Notes: generated by a model from the letters alone, not told the origin. DNA of 64,000 nucleotides from Candidatus Palauibacter sp. (GCF_965221685.1 NZ_OZ244907.1); one strand, 5' to 3'. Counted from the first letter of the stretch, positions 28,261 through 38,030 are shown. Numbers and translations: made by a program.

Positions 28261-29787
28261 ATGTCTGACATCCCAGCAAACTCCATCCCGGCCCTGAAGG
28301 TCAACCAATGGCTATCCCACTGGGATGACATCAGTTGGAAACCGGAAGAACACCGATCAAAGCCGCCGCGGTCGTTCTATCAGTTCAACGTTTCCGCTCA
28401 CGTGCTGCGTCGCCTTAGTGGAGTCTATAGGAGAACCACCGACCGAGATCGCGGGACTTCCGATCTGGGCATTCAGCGCCGCCACGAGCCCAAACGATCC
28501 GAGGAAATCGCTCGGTTCGTCAAGTACGGATATCCCTGGTCGGTTCTCAGTGCGACTAAGCGTCAACAACCTGACTTCGCAGACTTGCGCCAACCCGGTT
28601 GGCTTCCGACAGCAATCCTCATCAACATTCTCACCGCTGACGATGAACGCCAGGGTAATGGCGTCGCAAAGGGCGATCTCGTTGAGATCCGCGAAGATGG
28701 CGATATGCACCACGTCGTTCTCCCCCACGGCCTAGATTCAGGGGACTGGGAATACAAGACCGTACCACCAATTGAAGTAATCGACGGACAGCACCGGCTT
28801 TGGGCGTTCGATGACACCGCTCTCAATGGCAGTTTTGAGCTACCTGTTGTTGCGTTCTTTGGCTTAGATCGGAGTTGGCAGGCATACCTGTTCTACACAA
28901 TCAACATAAAGCCAAAGAAGATAAATCCGAGTCTGGCTTTCGACCTCTACCCTTTGCTGCGTACTGCGACTTGGCTCGAGAAACTTGAAGGCCCCAAGGT
29001 GTACCGCGAATCGCGAGCCCAGGAGATTGTAGACATCCTATGGGCTCATCCGGAGAGCCCGTGGTATCGTCGCATCAACATGCTCGGCGAACCCGGGCAC
29101 CGGGGCTTGATGGTGACGCAGGCGGGCTGGATTAGATCTCTCCTGGCGTCCTTTGTGAAGAGGTGGGAAGCGCGCACTGCTCCGGGCGGCCTTTTCGGCA
29201 GTCCAATGGGCAGCCATGAGACGGTTCTCCCGTGGACTCTGGAGCAGCAGGCGGCCTTCCTGATCTTCCTCGGACAGCGGTTGCGTGCGACCGTCGAGGA
29301 GTCCGACGATGAATGGATGTCCGCTCTACGGCAGCGATGGTCTGATCCCGAGGACGAAGGTGATCCAGCGTTCGTTGGGCGCCACAACCTGCTAAATCAA
29401 GACCAGGGCTTACGAGCATTCCTCCAAGTGTCCAACGACGTTTGCTACGTGGCCCCAGAGCACTGGCTACAAGAAGAAGAACTTGTTTCTGTTCCGTCAG
29501 ATCCCGATGAGTCCGATGGCGTGGCCGCCGCCCTGCGACACTTTGAGAAGAACGAGCTGCTTTGCACACACATCGACGAGTTGAGTCAAACTCTCGCGGA
29601 GTTCGACTGGCGATCTTCGGATGCGTCTGACTTGACTCCAGATGAGCATCTGCGGAAGTCCGCTTTTCGGGGCAGCGGTGGATATCGCATGCTTCGCGAG
29701 GAGCTGCTTCGTCACCTCTCCGATGACGAGTCGACTGTCGGGTTGGCTGCCGAGGAGGTTCTCAGAATGCTCGGTGTGGCCGAATGA
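28261..29787 (+). CDS. DGQHR-domain protein (DndB/DpdB-like, ParB/Srx-fold)
   Basis: Exact DGQHR motif in PIEVIDGQHRLWAFDD. 508 aa. Lower-GC gene preceded by an AT-rich intergenic region. First gene of a 3-gene operon (ATGA overlap with the next gene at 29784-29787). Confidence 0.8.
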   Translation: MSDIPANSIPALKVNQWLSHWDDISWKPEEHRSKPPRSFYQFNVSAHVLRRLSGVYRRTTDRDRGTSDLGIQRRHEPKRSEEIARFVKYGYPWSVLSATKRQQPDFADLRQPGWLPTAILINILTADDERQGNGVAKGDLVEIREDGDMHHVVLPHGLDSGDWEYKTVPPIEVIDGQHRLWAFDDTALNGSFELPVVAFFGLDRSWQAYLFYTINIKPKKINPSLAFDLYPLLRTATWLEKLEGPKVYRESRAQEIVDILWAHPESPWYRRINMLGEPGHRGLMVTQAGWIRSLLASFVKRWEARTAPGGLFGSPMGSHETVLPWTLEQQAAFLIFLGQRLRATVEESDDEWMSALRQRWSDPEDEGDPAFVGRHNLLNQDQGLRAFLQVSNDVCYVAPEHWLQEEELVSVPSDPDESDGVAAALRHFEKNELLCTHIDELSQTLAEFDWRSSDASDLTPDEHLRKSAFRGSGGYRMLREELLRHLSDDESTVGLAAEEVLRMLGVAE

Positions 29788-31085
29788 CACCAGTAAATGT
29801 CGGCTCGGCGGATCGACGTTTGGTGCGGGCCGCGATGGAGCGTCTGACGCCGCACCTTGCGGCCGGACAGGGGTTGCCTCCGGGCCACCGCTACGCCGAT
29901 GGCAGGCCCGGGCGCCAGCCGGTCAATGACTCGGCGCTGGCCGAATACATCGCTCTGTCCGCAGTTCAGCATGCGTTCGACGGGTGGGCGTACTGGGGAC
30001 GAGCGGTTGCCGCGGAGATCAGCGGAGATTCCAACGTCGCGAGCCATCTGGGGTACTACGCAGAGCTTCGCGCCGCCAAGGCGATCCTAGCTTCCGAGGG
30101 CATTGGGTTGTTCGCCAACCAAGTGGCTGTCGTGCACGGCAATGGTCGGTGCGTCCTGGAAACAGGGCAAGGCAGTTCTCATAAGGTGCTGTGGGAAGCT
30201 CTCGAGGAATGGAGCAAAGGCAAGGCCCAGGGCATTGTCTTTCGTCTCTTGGGGCCGTTTGGCCACTCGATTTCGGATTGGCTCCAGCACTTTTCCAGAT
30301 CTTCCAACGCGGTCGCTGAAGACTGGTTGCGTGCGTGGGGTCTGGACTTGCAGGAGTTGGCGAAAGGCGAGAGCGGCCGACGCAACGTAGCCAGCTACGA
30401 GCCCAGCGGGTGTCCTCAAACCGAAAGGGAGCAATCGGAGAAGGCGCTCGACCACATCACGAGGTTGTGGCGATCATGCCAGCCGACGGGCACGGGGGTT
30501 AATCTCGCCTTGGACAGGCTGGTCCTTCGGGCTACGCTGGAATCCGTTTTTCAAGCTGGCGATGCTGAGGAGCGATCTGCCAGCGAAGCGCGTGACCAGT
30601 ACTGCGCGAAGGTGCGCCATACGGTGGAGTCTCTCTCCTTGGGACAATCGATCGGCCAGGCAATCCTCAGATTCCTTGATCCGCAGGAGATTCCGGAAGG
30701 CATGGACATCTTCGAGATCGCTAAACGGACGAGCGACGCGCGTACCAGGACGCATGTGACCGAGGTGCTTTCTCGAGCGGTGCTGCTTCTCCGGCTGGCT
30801 ACCGCATGTGCGCATGACTTGCTGGGCGAACTCGGCACCGACCCAAGGGCCGCCACCCAGCACTGGTGGGAGAGTCGACACGTTCGACGTGGCCTTTGGC
30901 CCGTTGGCCATACCTTGGATTCGTTCTCAGACCTCTGGGACGAGGCGGACGAAGCGCTTGACACTTTGGCAAACCAGCCCAATGGAGGGTCTACGTTCGG
31001 ACTTCGGAGCTCGGATTGCGCCAGTTCGGTAGCGACACTTGCGACGGCCGAGCGGATCTTTTTCTGGGGTAGCTTTGCAGCATGA
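29784..31085 (+). CDS. Hypothetical 433-aa protein with no recognisable domain, middle gene of the DGQHR-MTase operon
   Basis: Continuous ORF with coding-like composition. Translationally coupled at both ends (ATGA overlaps at 29784-29787 and 31082-31085). No motifs recognised by eye. Confidence 0.55.
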   Translation: MTPVNVGSADRRLVRAAMERLTPHLAAGQGLPPGHRYADGRPGRQPVNDSALAEYIALSAVQHAFDGWAYWGRAVAAEISGDSNVASHLGYYAELRAAKAILASEGIGLFANQVAVVHGNGRCVLETGQGSSHKVLWEALEEWSKGKAQGIVFRLLGPFGHSISDWLQHFSRSSNAVAEDWLRAWGLDLQELAKGESGRRNVASYEPSGCPQTEREQSEKALDHITRLWRSCQPTGTGVNLALDRLVLRATLESVFQAGDAEERSASEARDQYCAKVRHTVESLSLGQSIGQAILRFLDPQEIPEGMDIFEIAKRTSDARTRTHVTEVLSRAVLLLRLATACAHDLLGELGTDPRAATQHWWESRHVRRGLWPVGHTLDSFSDLWDEADEALDTLANQPNGGSTFGLRSSDCASSVATLATAERIFFWGSFAA

Positions 31086-32233
31086 CGCTACGGAGCATGA
31101 AGTACATGGGCTCCAAGCGAGTGATGCTTGCCAACGGCCTAGGTGACGTGTTGGCCGAGGAGTCGAAGTCGGCAGCTCGGTTTGTCGATCTCTTCTGTGG
31201 TACCGGAGTCGTATCGTGGTTCATGGCGACGAGGAGCGAACTCCCCGTACTGTCCTGCGATCTGCAGAGTTTTGCGACGACCATGGCGGCATCGGTTGTC
31301 AAACGTACGGACAATAGCGGACTGGATCAGGAGATCGATTCTTGGCTGCGTCGTGTCCGTGAAACCCGGGAGGAACGGCCTGGTTGGTCGGAGGCCGCGG
31401 AGCTGGATGGTTCCAAGGTGCCGATTGCCGTTTGGTGGAAGGAGGCCCGCGAGCTATGCGGTGAGGCGGGGTCCGAGGGATGTGGCCTAGTGTGGCGCAA
31501 CTACGGCGGTCATTACTTCAGCCCTACTCAAGCGGCATCCCTGGACGCAATGATGGAGACTTTGCCAGCCGAGGGGAGGGCAAGGGACGTTTGTTTGGCG
31601 GCGACCATAACGACCGCCAGCCAATGTGCGGCGGCGCCGGGCCACACAGCCCAACCCTTCAAGGCCACAACCACCGCTGGGCCCTACCTGCGTGAGGCGT
31701 GGTGCAGGGATCCCCTCTCCCGCGTTCGCGAAGCAGCGGAGATTCTAGTTTCCATGTGCGCGCTTCGGCGAGGAGACACGAAGACGGGCGACGCCAATGA
31801 GATCGCGCGCGAGGTCACGGAAGAGGACCTGGTCTTCGTCGATCCGCCGTACTCCGATGTTCAATACAGCCGGTTCTACCACGTCCTCGAAACGATCGCA
31901 CGTGGCGAGTGCGGCGTGGTGTCCGGTGTCGGAAGGTACCCTCCCTTCACCGAGAGGCCCGCCTCGGACTACAGTCGGGTCAAGGCTTCTGCCACGGCGA
32001 TGGCGAATCTTCTGGAGATTCTTGCCAGCACGGGTGCCGCAGTAGTGGTCACTTTCCCGGAGCAGCAGTGCAGCAACGGCCTCTCTGGGCTGCGCATCGA
32101 GGAAATGGCCAAGCAGCACTTCCAAGTGGTAAAGCGAACGGTTACGTCGAGGTTCAGCACACTGGGTGGCAACACCCGGAATCGGGACGCACGCAGCATC
32201 CGAAACGAACTGATTCTTGTGATGAGGACGTGA
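31082..32233 (+). CDS. Dam-like D12-class N6-adenine DNA methyltransferase (extended, 383 aa)
   Basis: N-terminal KYMGSKR (Dam motif I, Y-x-GSK) and VFVDPPYSDVQYSRFYH (motif IV DPPY). About 100 aa longer than E. coli Dam. Confidence 0.8.
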   Translation: MTLRSMKYMGSKRVMLANGLGDVLAEESKSAARFVDLFCGTGVVSWFMATRSELPVLSCDLQSFATTMAASVVKRTDNSGLDQEIDSWLRRVRETREERPGWSEAAELDGSKVPIAVWWKEARELCGEAGSEGCGLVWRNYGGHYFSPTQAASLDAMMETLPAEGRARDVCLAATITTASQCAAAPGHTAQPFKATTTAGPYLREAWCRDPLSRVREAAEILVSMCALRRGDTKTGDANEIAREVTEEDLVFVDPPYSDVQYSRFYHVLETIARGECGVVSGVGRYPPFTERPASDYSRVKASATAMANLLEILASTGAAVVVTFPEQQCSNGLSGLRIEEMAKQHFQVVKRTVTSRFSTLGGNTRNRDARSIRNELILVMRT

Positions 32234-32427
32234 CGTAAGCCGCATGTAGAGTCCCATCGAGGACTCGTTGCCGATCCGGACGGTCGCGCGTCGAGCGCAC
32301 TCCCTTGCCCCTACTTCCTCAAGGTGTAGCGTAGCGTCGTGGAGCTTGCGCGCAGAGTTACTGCCGCTGGCGAGACGGTCTCCCGCCGACCGCATCCCAT
32401 GATTTGTAGGACGAGGAGAGAAGCCTG

Positions 32428-35205
32428 ATGCGCTTGTCGTGGAACGAGGTGCGCGTGCGCGCCGCGAAGTTCGCTGAGGAATGGCGGGACGCGGCATACG
32501 AGAAGGGCGAGACGCAGAGCTTCTACAACGAGTTCTTCGAGGTGTTCGACGTGCGCCGTCGATCCGTCGCACGCTACGAGGAGCACGTTGCCAAGCTCGA
32601 CGACCGTTCGGGCTTCATCGATTTGTTCTGGCCGGGCGTGCTGATCGTCGAGCAGAAGAGCGCCGGTCGCGATCTCGCTAAAGCGTATGGGCAAGCCGGG
32701 GATTATTTCGACGCGCTGCCAGAACGCGACCGCCCTCGCTACATCCTGGTGAGCGATTTCCAGACCTTCGAGCTTCACGACCTCTCCGAGCGGCGGAAGC
32801 TGGCCTTCCCTCTCGCCGAACTGCCCGCCCATGTCGAGGCGTTCGGCTTCATCCTCGGCGTTCAGCGCCGGACGTTTCGGGACCAAGATCCGGCGAACGT
32901 CGAGGCCGCCGAACTGGTTGGACGCCTCCACGATGCGCTCGAAGCCGCAGGCTACCGAGGCCACGACCTGGAGCGGTTCCTGGTGCGCATTGTCTTCTGC
33001 CTCTTCGCCGACGATACGGGCGTCTTCGAGCCGCGCGACATCCTGTTCGACTTCCTGGAGTCACGCACGCGCGAGGACGGGACCGACCTCGGGGCGATGC
33101 TTGCCCAACTCTTCCAAGTCCTCGATACGCCGGAAGAGGACCGAACGGCGACACTCGATGAGGATTTGGCCCGGTTTCCGTACGTCAATGGCGACCTGTT
33201 CGACGGGCCGCTGCGTATTCCGGCGTTCGACGCGTCCATGCGGGAAAAGCTCCTCGACGCATCCCGGTTCGACTGGTCCAACATCTCGCCTGCCATCTTC
33301 GGAGCGCTCTTTCAGTCGGTCATGGATCCGGCGGAGCGGCGGGCCCAGGGGGCGCACTACACCACCGAAAAGAACATCCTCAAGGTGATCGAGCCGCTGT
33401 TCCTCGATGACTTGCGGGCTGAGTTCGAGCGCCTGAAGCGCCGCAAGGACAGCCGTCGTCGTGCCGATCTGCGACGCTTTCAGGAGAAGCTTGGCAGCAT
33501 GACGTTCTTCGATCCGGCATGCGGGTGTGGCAACTTCCTCATCATCGCCTATCGTGAGCTACGGGAACTGGAGATCGAAGTCCTCAAGGAGATCCATCCC
33601 GACAAACAGCTCGACGTCTTGGCGGAGACGCTGTCGGGCGTGGATGTGGACCAGTTCTACGGAATCGAGTTGGGCGAGTTCCCGGCCCGCATCGCCGAAA
33701 CGGCGCTGTGGATGATGGACCACATCATGAACAACCGGCTGAGTTTGGAGTTCGGTGAGACATACGCCCGAATTCCTCTCACGTCCTCACCCCATATCAC
33801 TCACGGCGACGCGCTGGAGATGGATTGGGCCGAGTTGTTGCCCCGGGAGGAGTGCTCCTTCGTGTTCGGTAATCCGCCGTTCGGGGGCGCGAAGTTCCAG
33901 AGTTCGGCCCAGCGCGCGCAGGTCCAGAGAATCGCCAACCTTGGCGGGACGGGAGGTACGCTCGACTACGTGACCGCGTGGTTCATCAAAGCTGGGGAAT
34001 ACGCGCGTGGAACCCGGATCCGGATCGGATTCGTTGCGACCAATTCTATCACTCAAGGAGAGCAGGTGGCCCAGCTCTGGCCGATTCTCTTCAACCGCTG
34101 CGGGCTCGCGATCGCCTTCGCGCACCGGACTTTTGCGTGGGGCTCGGACGCGCGCGGAAGGGCCCATGTGCATGTGGTCATCATCGGGCTGGACGGCCAG
34201 CACGCAGTGCCGTCGGTGAAGCGGCTGTTCAGCTATCCGGACATCAACGGCGAGCCGGAGGAAACCGAACACGAGGTGCTTTCGCCGTACCTGTTCGACG
34301 CCAGCGGTCTCGCCGACCCCCACCTGACGGTTCGGGAGGAGAGCGCTCCGGTGAACGGGTTGCCGAGGCTAATCATCGGGTCCAAGCCGATCGATGGTGG
34401 CCACTACATCTTCAGAACGGCAGAGAAACGCGCCGAGTTCGTCGCGGCGGAACCGGCGGCGGAGCCGTATGTGCGCCCCTACATCGGCGCGCGCGAATAC
34501 TTGCAGGGTGGCGGCAGGTGGATTCTCGCCTTGCACGATGTCCCGCCGAACGTCTTAGCGGGGATGCCGGTCGCGCGGGAACGGATCGTGGCGGTGCGTG
34601 CGCACCGCGAGGCCAGCCGGAGTGCGTCTACGAGGAGGCTGGCGGAGACCCCCACTCTCTATCATGTCAACGTCATCCCAGACGCGCCCTTCCTCGTCGT
34701 CCCCGAGGTAAGTTCGTAGCGGCGGGAGTACGTTCCGATTGGCTGGCTCGAACCCCCTGTGATCCCGAGCAATAAGCTTCGATTACTCGCCGACGCGAAC
34801 CTCTCGCATTTCGCTGTTCTTACGTCCGCCATGCACATGGCGTGGCTGCGCTACGTGGGTGGGCGCTTGGAGAGCCGCTACAGTTACGGGATCGGCATGG
34901 TATACAACACCTTTCCGATGCCCCCCGCCACATCTGATGTCTCGAAGCTGGAATCCTTAGCTAAGGCCGTAATCGACACTCGCGCCGCCTATCCTGACGC
35001 GACGCTGGCGGATCTCTACGACCCGGACTTGATGCCGCCCGACCTACGCCGCGCACACCAAGCGATTGACCGCGCCGTGGATCGGCTCTATCGCCGGACG
35101 GGATTCGCCTCGGAGCGTGAACGCGCCGAGCATCTCTTCATGCTGTACGAGAAGATGAGCGCTCCCCTAGGCATCGGGATCAAGAAACCGAAGCGTCGGC
35201 GATGA
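32428..35205 (+). pseudogene. MmeI-family Type IIL (Type IIG-like) restriction-modification enzyme gene interrupted by a single in-frame TAG at 34717-34719
   Basis: N-terminus MRLSWNEVRVRAAKFAEEWRD...GFIDLFWPGVLIVEQKSAGRDLAKAYGQAGDYF parallels the MmeI N-terminus. MTase motif I FFDPACGCGNFL and motif IV NPPFGG. C-terminal ORF (34759-35205) ...HMAWLRYVGGRLESRYSYGIGMVYNTFP parallels the MmeI C-terminal domain. Both ORFs share one frame separated only by TAG (…VPEVSS*RREYVPIGW…). Combined length about 925 aa. Confidence 0.75.
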
Positions 35206-35290
35206 GATCTGGACCCGGATCACAGCGCGCGCGTTTGAACGATCGGGGCGAGCCTAACATGACGCCCCGCCCAGAGGACCTAACCAACAA

Positions 35291-35494
35291 GTGAGAGAAC
35301 CGATGACCGAGATCGATACTCTGCTCGACGAAGTACACAAGCCACTTGAGGGTCTGCAAGAATTCGAGGAGGAGGAGTCGATCCAGAAGGAAGACTTGGG
35401 CGAACGACTCGCGTTTACCGACATCGTCGAGCCATTGGTTCCAACCGAGTTGGGAGCGACAACGACTCGCCTGCACCGCCTGTTGAAGGTCTGA
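35291..35494 (+). CDS. Small acidic hypothetical protein (67 aa)
   Basis: MREPMTEIDTLLDEVHKPLEGLQEFEEEESIQKEDLGERLAFTDIVEPL. Sits inside the lower-GC island 40 nt upstream of the 601-aa ORF. Weak call. Confidence 0.3.
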   Translation: MREPMTEIDTLLDEVHKPLEGLQEFEEEESIQKEDLGERLAFTDIVEPLVPTELGATTTRLHRLLKV

Positions 35495-35533
35495 CCGCCG
35501 GATGCTTACGGGGCGAGCAGTGAGGCAAGACAC

Positions 35534-37339
35534 ATGAAGATGACCGAACAGACTAACCGCTCTACGTTCGCCAATGCGCAGATAGAATACGAAGGGTCGT
35601 TCGCGACGCCGCAGCGTAACGTGGTCCAGACCATCTACGTCGACTTGACCGGCAAGCTTTCACGCGAAGCGCTATGCCTAGCCAAGGTCTCCGAGCCCCA
35701 GTTCGAGCTCAGAACGGCGGACACAACTCGTCTCTCGCGGCCAGGCGTCTTCCGGAAGACGGGCGAAGTACTCATTAAGGACGAACAGGAGGGGCGCGCT
35801 CAGACATCGACACGCGAAACGATTGAGGGTCCGACAAGCGCGACAACGGAGTTGGACCGGCGCGTGCGTGCGATCAACGCTGGTCTCCGGCTGTCTGACA
35901 CAAAGCTGACTGTGCGCAGCAGTAGGAGGCAGCAGACGAGGCATACGTCCACGTCAGCATTGACGTTTGGTAAGGACTGGCTCATCTACTGCACTTCGCT
36001 CTGGCCGGCAGCTGACGAAAAGGACGCTTGGCACCGCGCGTTCCCCGGAAACTACACGAGCGTGGTTCGCATCCATCGGCCCACGCAGTTCGCGCAGGCC
36101 TTAGGGTTGGGGGTGTGCGAGCATATCGGCGCGAACGGGAAGCCGTCCTCAATGAAGGCGACCTTTCACGGATTTCAGACAGTCGAGGTGCAGCGCGCAA
36201 TGCAGATCGTGCTGCACGGCCCTGTCCTTTACGTCGACGACCCCTATCGCTGCATCGACGAGGCTGACGACGGATGGGCAAAGACCTGTTCGATGATCTT
36301 CGTGAAGTCGTCCGAATACGCGGCGCAGAAGGAGTACCGATTCGCCATGTTGTCGATCTCCCCGGACGTGGGAGAGGTGTTCGACCTGCCCGTCTCGGGG
36401 ATGCTCAGGGACTGCCTGTTGCCGGTGAACGTACCGCTTGGCGCGGCCAACGGCCCTGTGACGCTGGCCTGCGACGAACGGGAACCCGGCGAGCCGCGCG
36501 AGACGCACCGGGGGTACACTTACCGGCGACGCCGGGTGCGGCGGGAGAGCGGGAGCTGGAGCGATGGCGAGCCGGGCGACGAACGGGCCAGGGAAGAGAT
36601 CATCGAGGAGACAGTAACGTCACCGGAAGAGATCCCGGAGCCATTTCCCGAGGAGGCGGAGCAACCCGACATCATCATGTTTGAGTTGGTCGGGGGTCAA
36701 CTGCGTTTCAATCACCGTGTCTACCGGGACGAAGAGACGCACCGCATACGCATCGAGACGCTGCCGATGAATCCGGTGATCATCGACAATCCAAGTCCGG
36801 GCGGTCTGCCGCACGGACTCGAGGTATCGCCGGAGGACCGATTCGAAGCGCTGGACGGAGGGCCAACGGATCCGAGAATCGTGCTCAACTTATTCATTAA
36901 CCCGAGCACACCGAGGCCGCCGGGGCGCTACGAGGTCCTCGAGCAGTGCAGCCGGTCCGACTTGGAACACGCTTTGGCGTGTTGGCGCTCCCTAGGAGCG
37001 GCGGTGAACCTGCTCGAACACGAGGACCGGGAACGGGCGGCGGCGGCGGCCTGGTACGCTGCCGAGTTCATTGTGGACTTGGTGAGCCAGTTCGGACCCA
37101 TCGTTAAGAGCGTATGCGTGATCCGGGAGTGTGTTGTGGTCGTAGAATTCGAGCGCGCGCCGATTTCTGCGGCTGTAGGTTGGGCGACGTTTTCCGGGAC
37201 CGAGACATACACTCTGTGCATACAGCAGGAGAACGTAGAAGAGATCGTGTACCCCTGTCGCGGGCGAATTGGACGGATGAGACCAAGCATCTACGCGGAA
37301 ACCTTGAAGAAGTATGGCTGGCCACCCAAGACACCTTGA
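35534..37339 (+). CDS. Hypothetical 601-aa protein, no recognisable domain; last gene of the island before the tRNA array
   Basis: Long ORF with lower GC than flanks. No nucleotide-binding, nuclease or integrase motifs recognised by eye. Confidence 0.5.
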   Translation: MKMTEQTNRSTFANAQIEYEGSFATPQRNVVQTIYVDLTGKLSREALCLAKVSEPQFELRTADTTRLSRPGVFRKTGEVLIKDEQEGRAQTSTRETIEGPTSATTELDRRVRAINAGLRLSDTKLTVRSSRRQQTRHTSTSALTFGKDWLIYCTSLWPAADEKDAWHRAFPGNYTSVVRIHRPTQFAQALGLGVCEHIGANGKPSSMKATFHGFQTVEVQRAMQIVLHGPVLYVDDPYRCIDEADDGWAKTCSMIFVKSSEYAAQKEYRFAMLSISPDVGEVFDLPVSGMLRDCLLPVNVPLGAANGPVTLACDEREPGEPRETHRGYTYRRRRVRRESGSWSDGEPGDERAREEIIEETVTSPEEIPEPFPEEAEQPDIIMFELVGGQLRFNHRVYRDEETHRIRIETLPMNPVIIDNPSPGGLPHGLEVSPEDRFEALDGGPTDPRIVLNLFINPSTPRPPGRYEVLEQCSRSDLEHALACWRSLGAAVNLLEHEDRERAAAAAWYAAEFIVDLVSQFGPIVKSVCVIRECVVVVEFERAPISAAVGWATFSGTETYTLCIQQENVEEIVYPCRGRIGRMRPSIYAETLKKYGWPPKTP

Positions 37340-37556
37340 TCCGGGAGGCGAATGGCGCCCGGAGGGGGCGGGGTGCATGGGCGCGTGCCAAGCCGGGGAT
37401 CGCGCCGTCCGTTGACGACTCATCGACGCCAAGGACATCCGTCTTGACTCGGTGGAATAACGGTGTGGATGCTGCCAGCACGAAACACGCAAAGCAGTTG
37501 TAGTGATTGGGGTGCGGTGCTGTTAAGCCTGCCAACACGGCATGTTGACCGGGCCG

Positions 37557-37571
37557 AGGCGCCCGGATTTC
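37557..37571. repeat. Direct repeat of the 3' end of tRNA-Pro(CGG) (ggcgcccggattt), candidate att-site remnant
   Basis: gaggcgcccggatttcg at 37555-37571 versus ggggcgcccggatttga at 37672-37688 (plus-strand complement of the tRNA 3' end), same orientation, about 115 nt apart. Confidence 0.3.
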
Positions 37572-37670
37572 GCTACGACCGCCTTCGGCGGCCCGCGTAA
37601 TCCGGGGGGTGACCTTGGCAGCCCGGGCGGGCGGAACAGTACGCCGAACCTGTTGCCCGGGGAATTTTAG

Positions 37671-37744
37671 TCGGGGCGCCCGGATTTGAACCGGGGACCT
37701 CTGCGTCCCGAACGCAGCGCTCTACCGGACTGAGCCACGCCCCG
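37671..37744 (-). tRNA. tRNA-Pro (anticodon CGG)
   Basis: RC: CGGGGCG/TG/GCTC-AGTCCGGTA-GAGC/G/CTGCG-TTCGGGA-CGCAG/AGGTC/CCCGG-TTCAAAT-CCGGG/CGCCCCG/A. 74 nt. Confidence 0.85.
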
Positions 37745-37818
37745 AGGGGTACTGCGGACCGCGCGTGAAGGCGCGGGGCCGGGGTCGCGCTCGCAAACGG
37801 AGCGGCGAACCGGCTGAG

Positions 37819-37891
37819 AGCGGGTGACCGGATTCGAACCGGCGACCTCAACCTTGGCAAGGTTGCGCTCTACCAACTGAGCTACACCCGC
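37819..37891 (-). tRNA. tRNA-Gly (anticodon GCC)
   Basis: RC: GCGGGTG/TA/GCTC-AGTTGGTA-GAGC/G/CAACC-TTGCCAA-GGTTG/AGGTC/GCCGG-TTCGAAT-CCGGT/CACCCGC/U. Discriminator U73 typical for Gly. Confidence 0.85.
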
Positions 37892-37958
37892 GTGTGCTGC
37901 TCCCTCCAGCTGCCGGCGTGGCCCGCCTGCGAGCCGCGGCCGAGAGGGGTGCTGCCAG

Positions 37959-38030
37959 AGCCACCGGTCGGATTTGAACCGACGACCGCCGCATTACGAA
38001 TGCGGTGCTCTACCCCTGAGCTACGGTGGC
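37959..38030 (-). tRNA. tRNA-Thr (anticodon CGT)
   Basis: RC: GCCACCG/TA/GCTC-AGGGGTA-GAGC/A/CCGCA-TTCGTAA-TGCGG/CGGTC/GTCGG-TTCAAAT-CCGAC/CGGTGGC/U. 72 nt. Confidence 0.85.
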
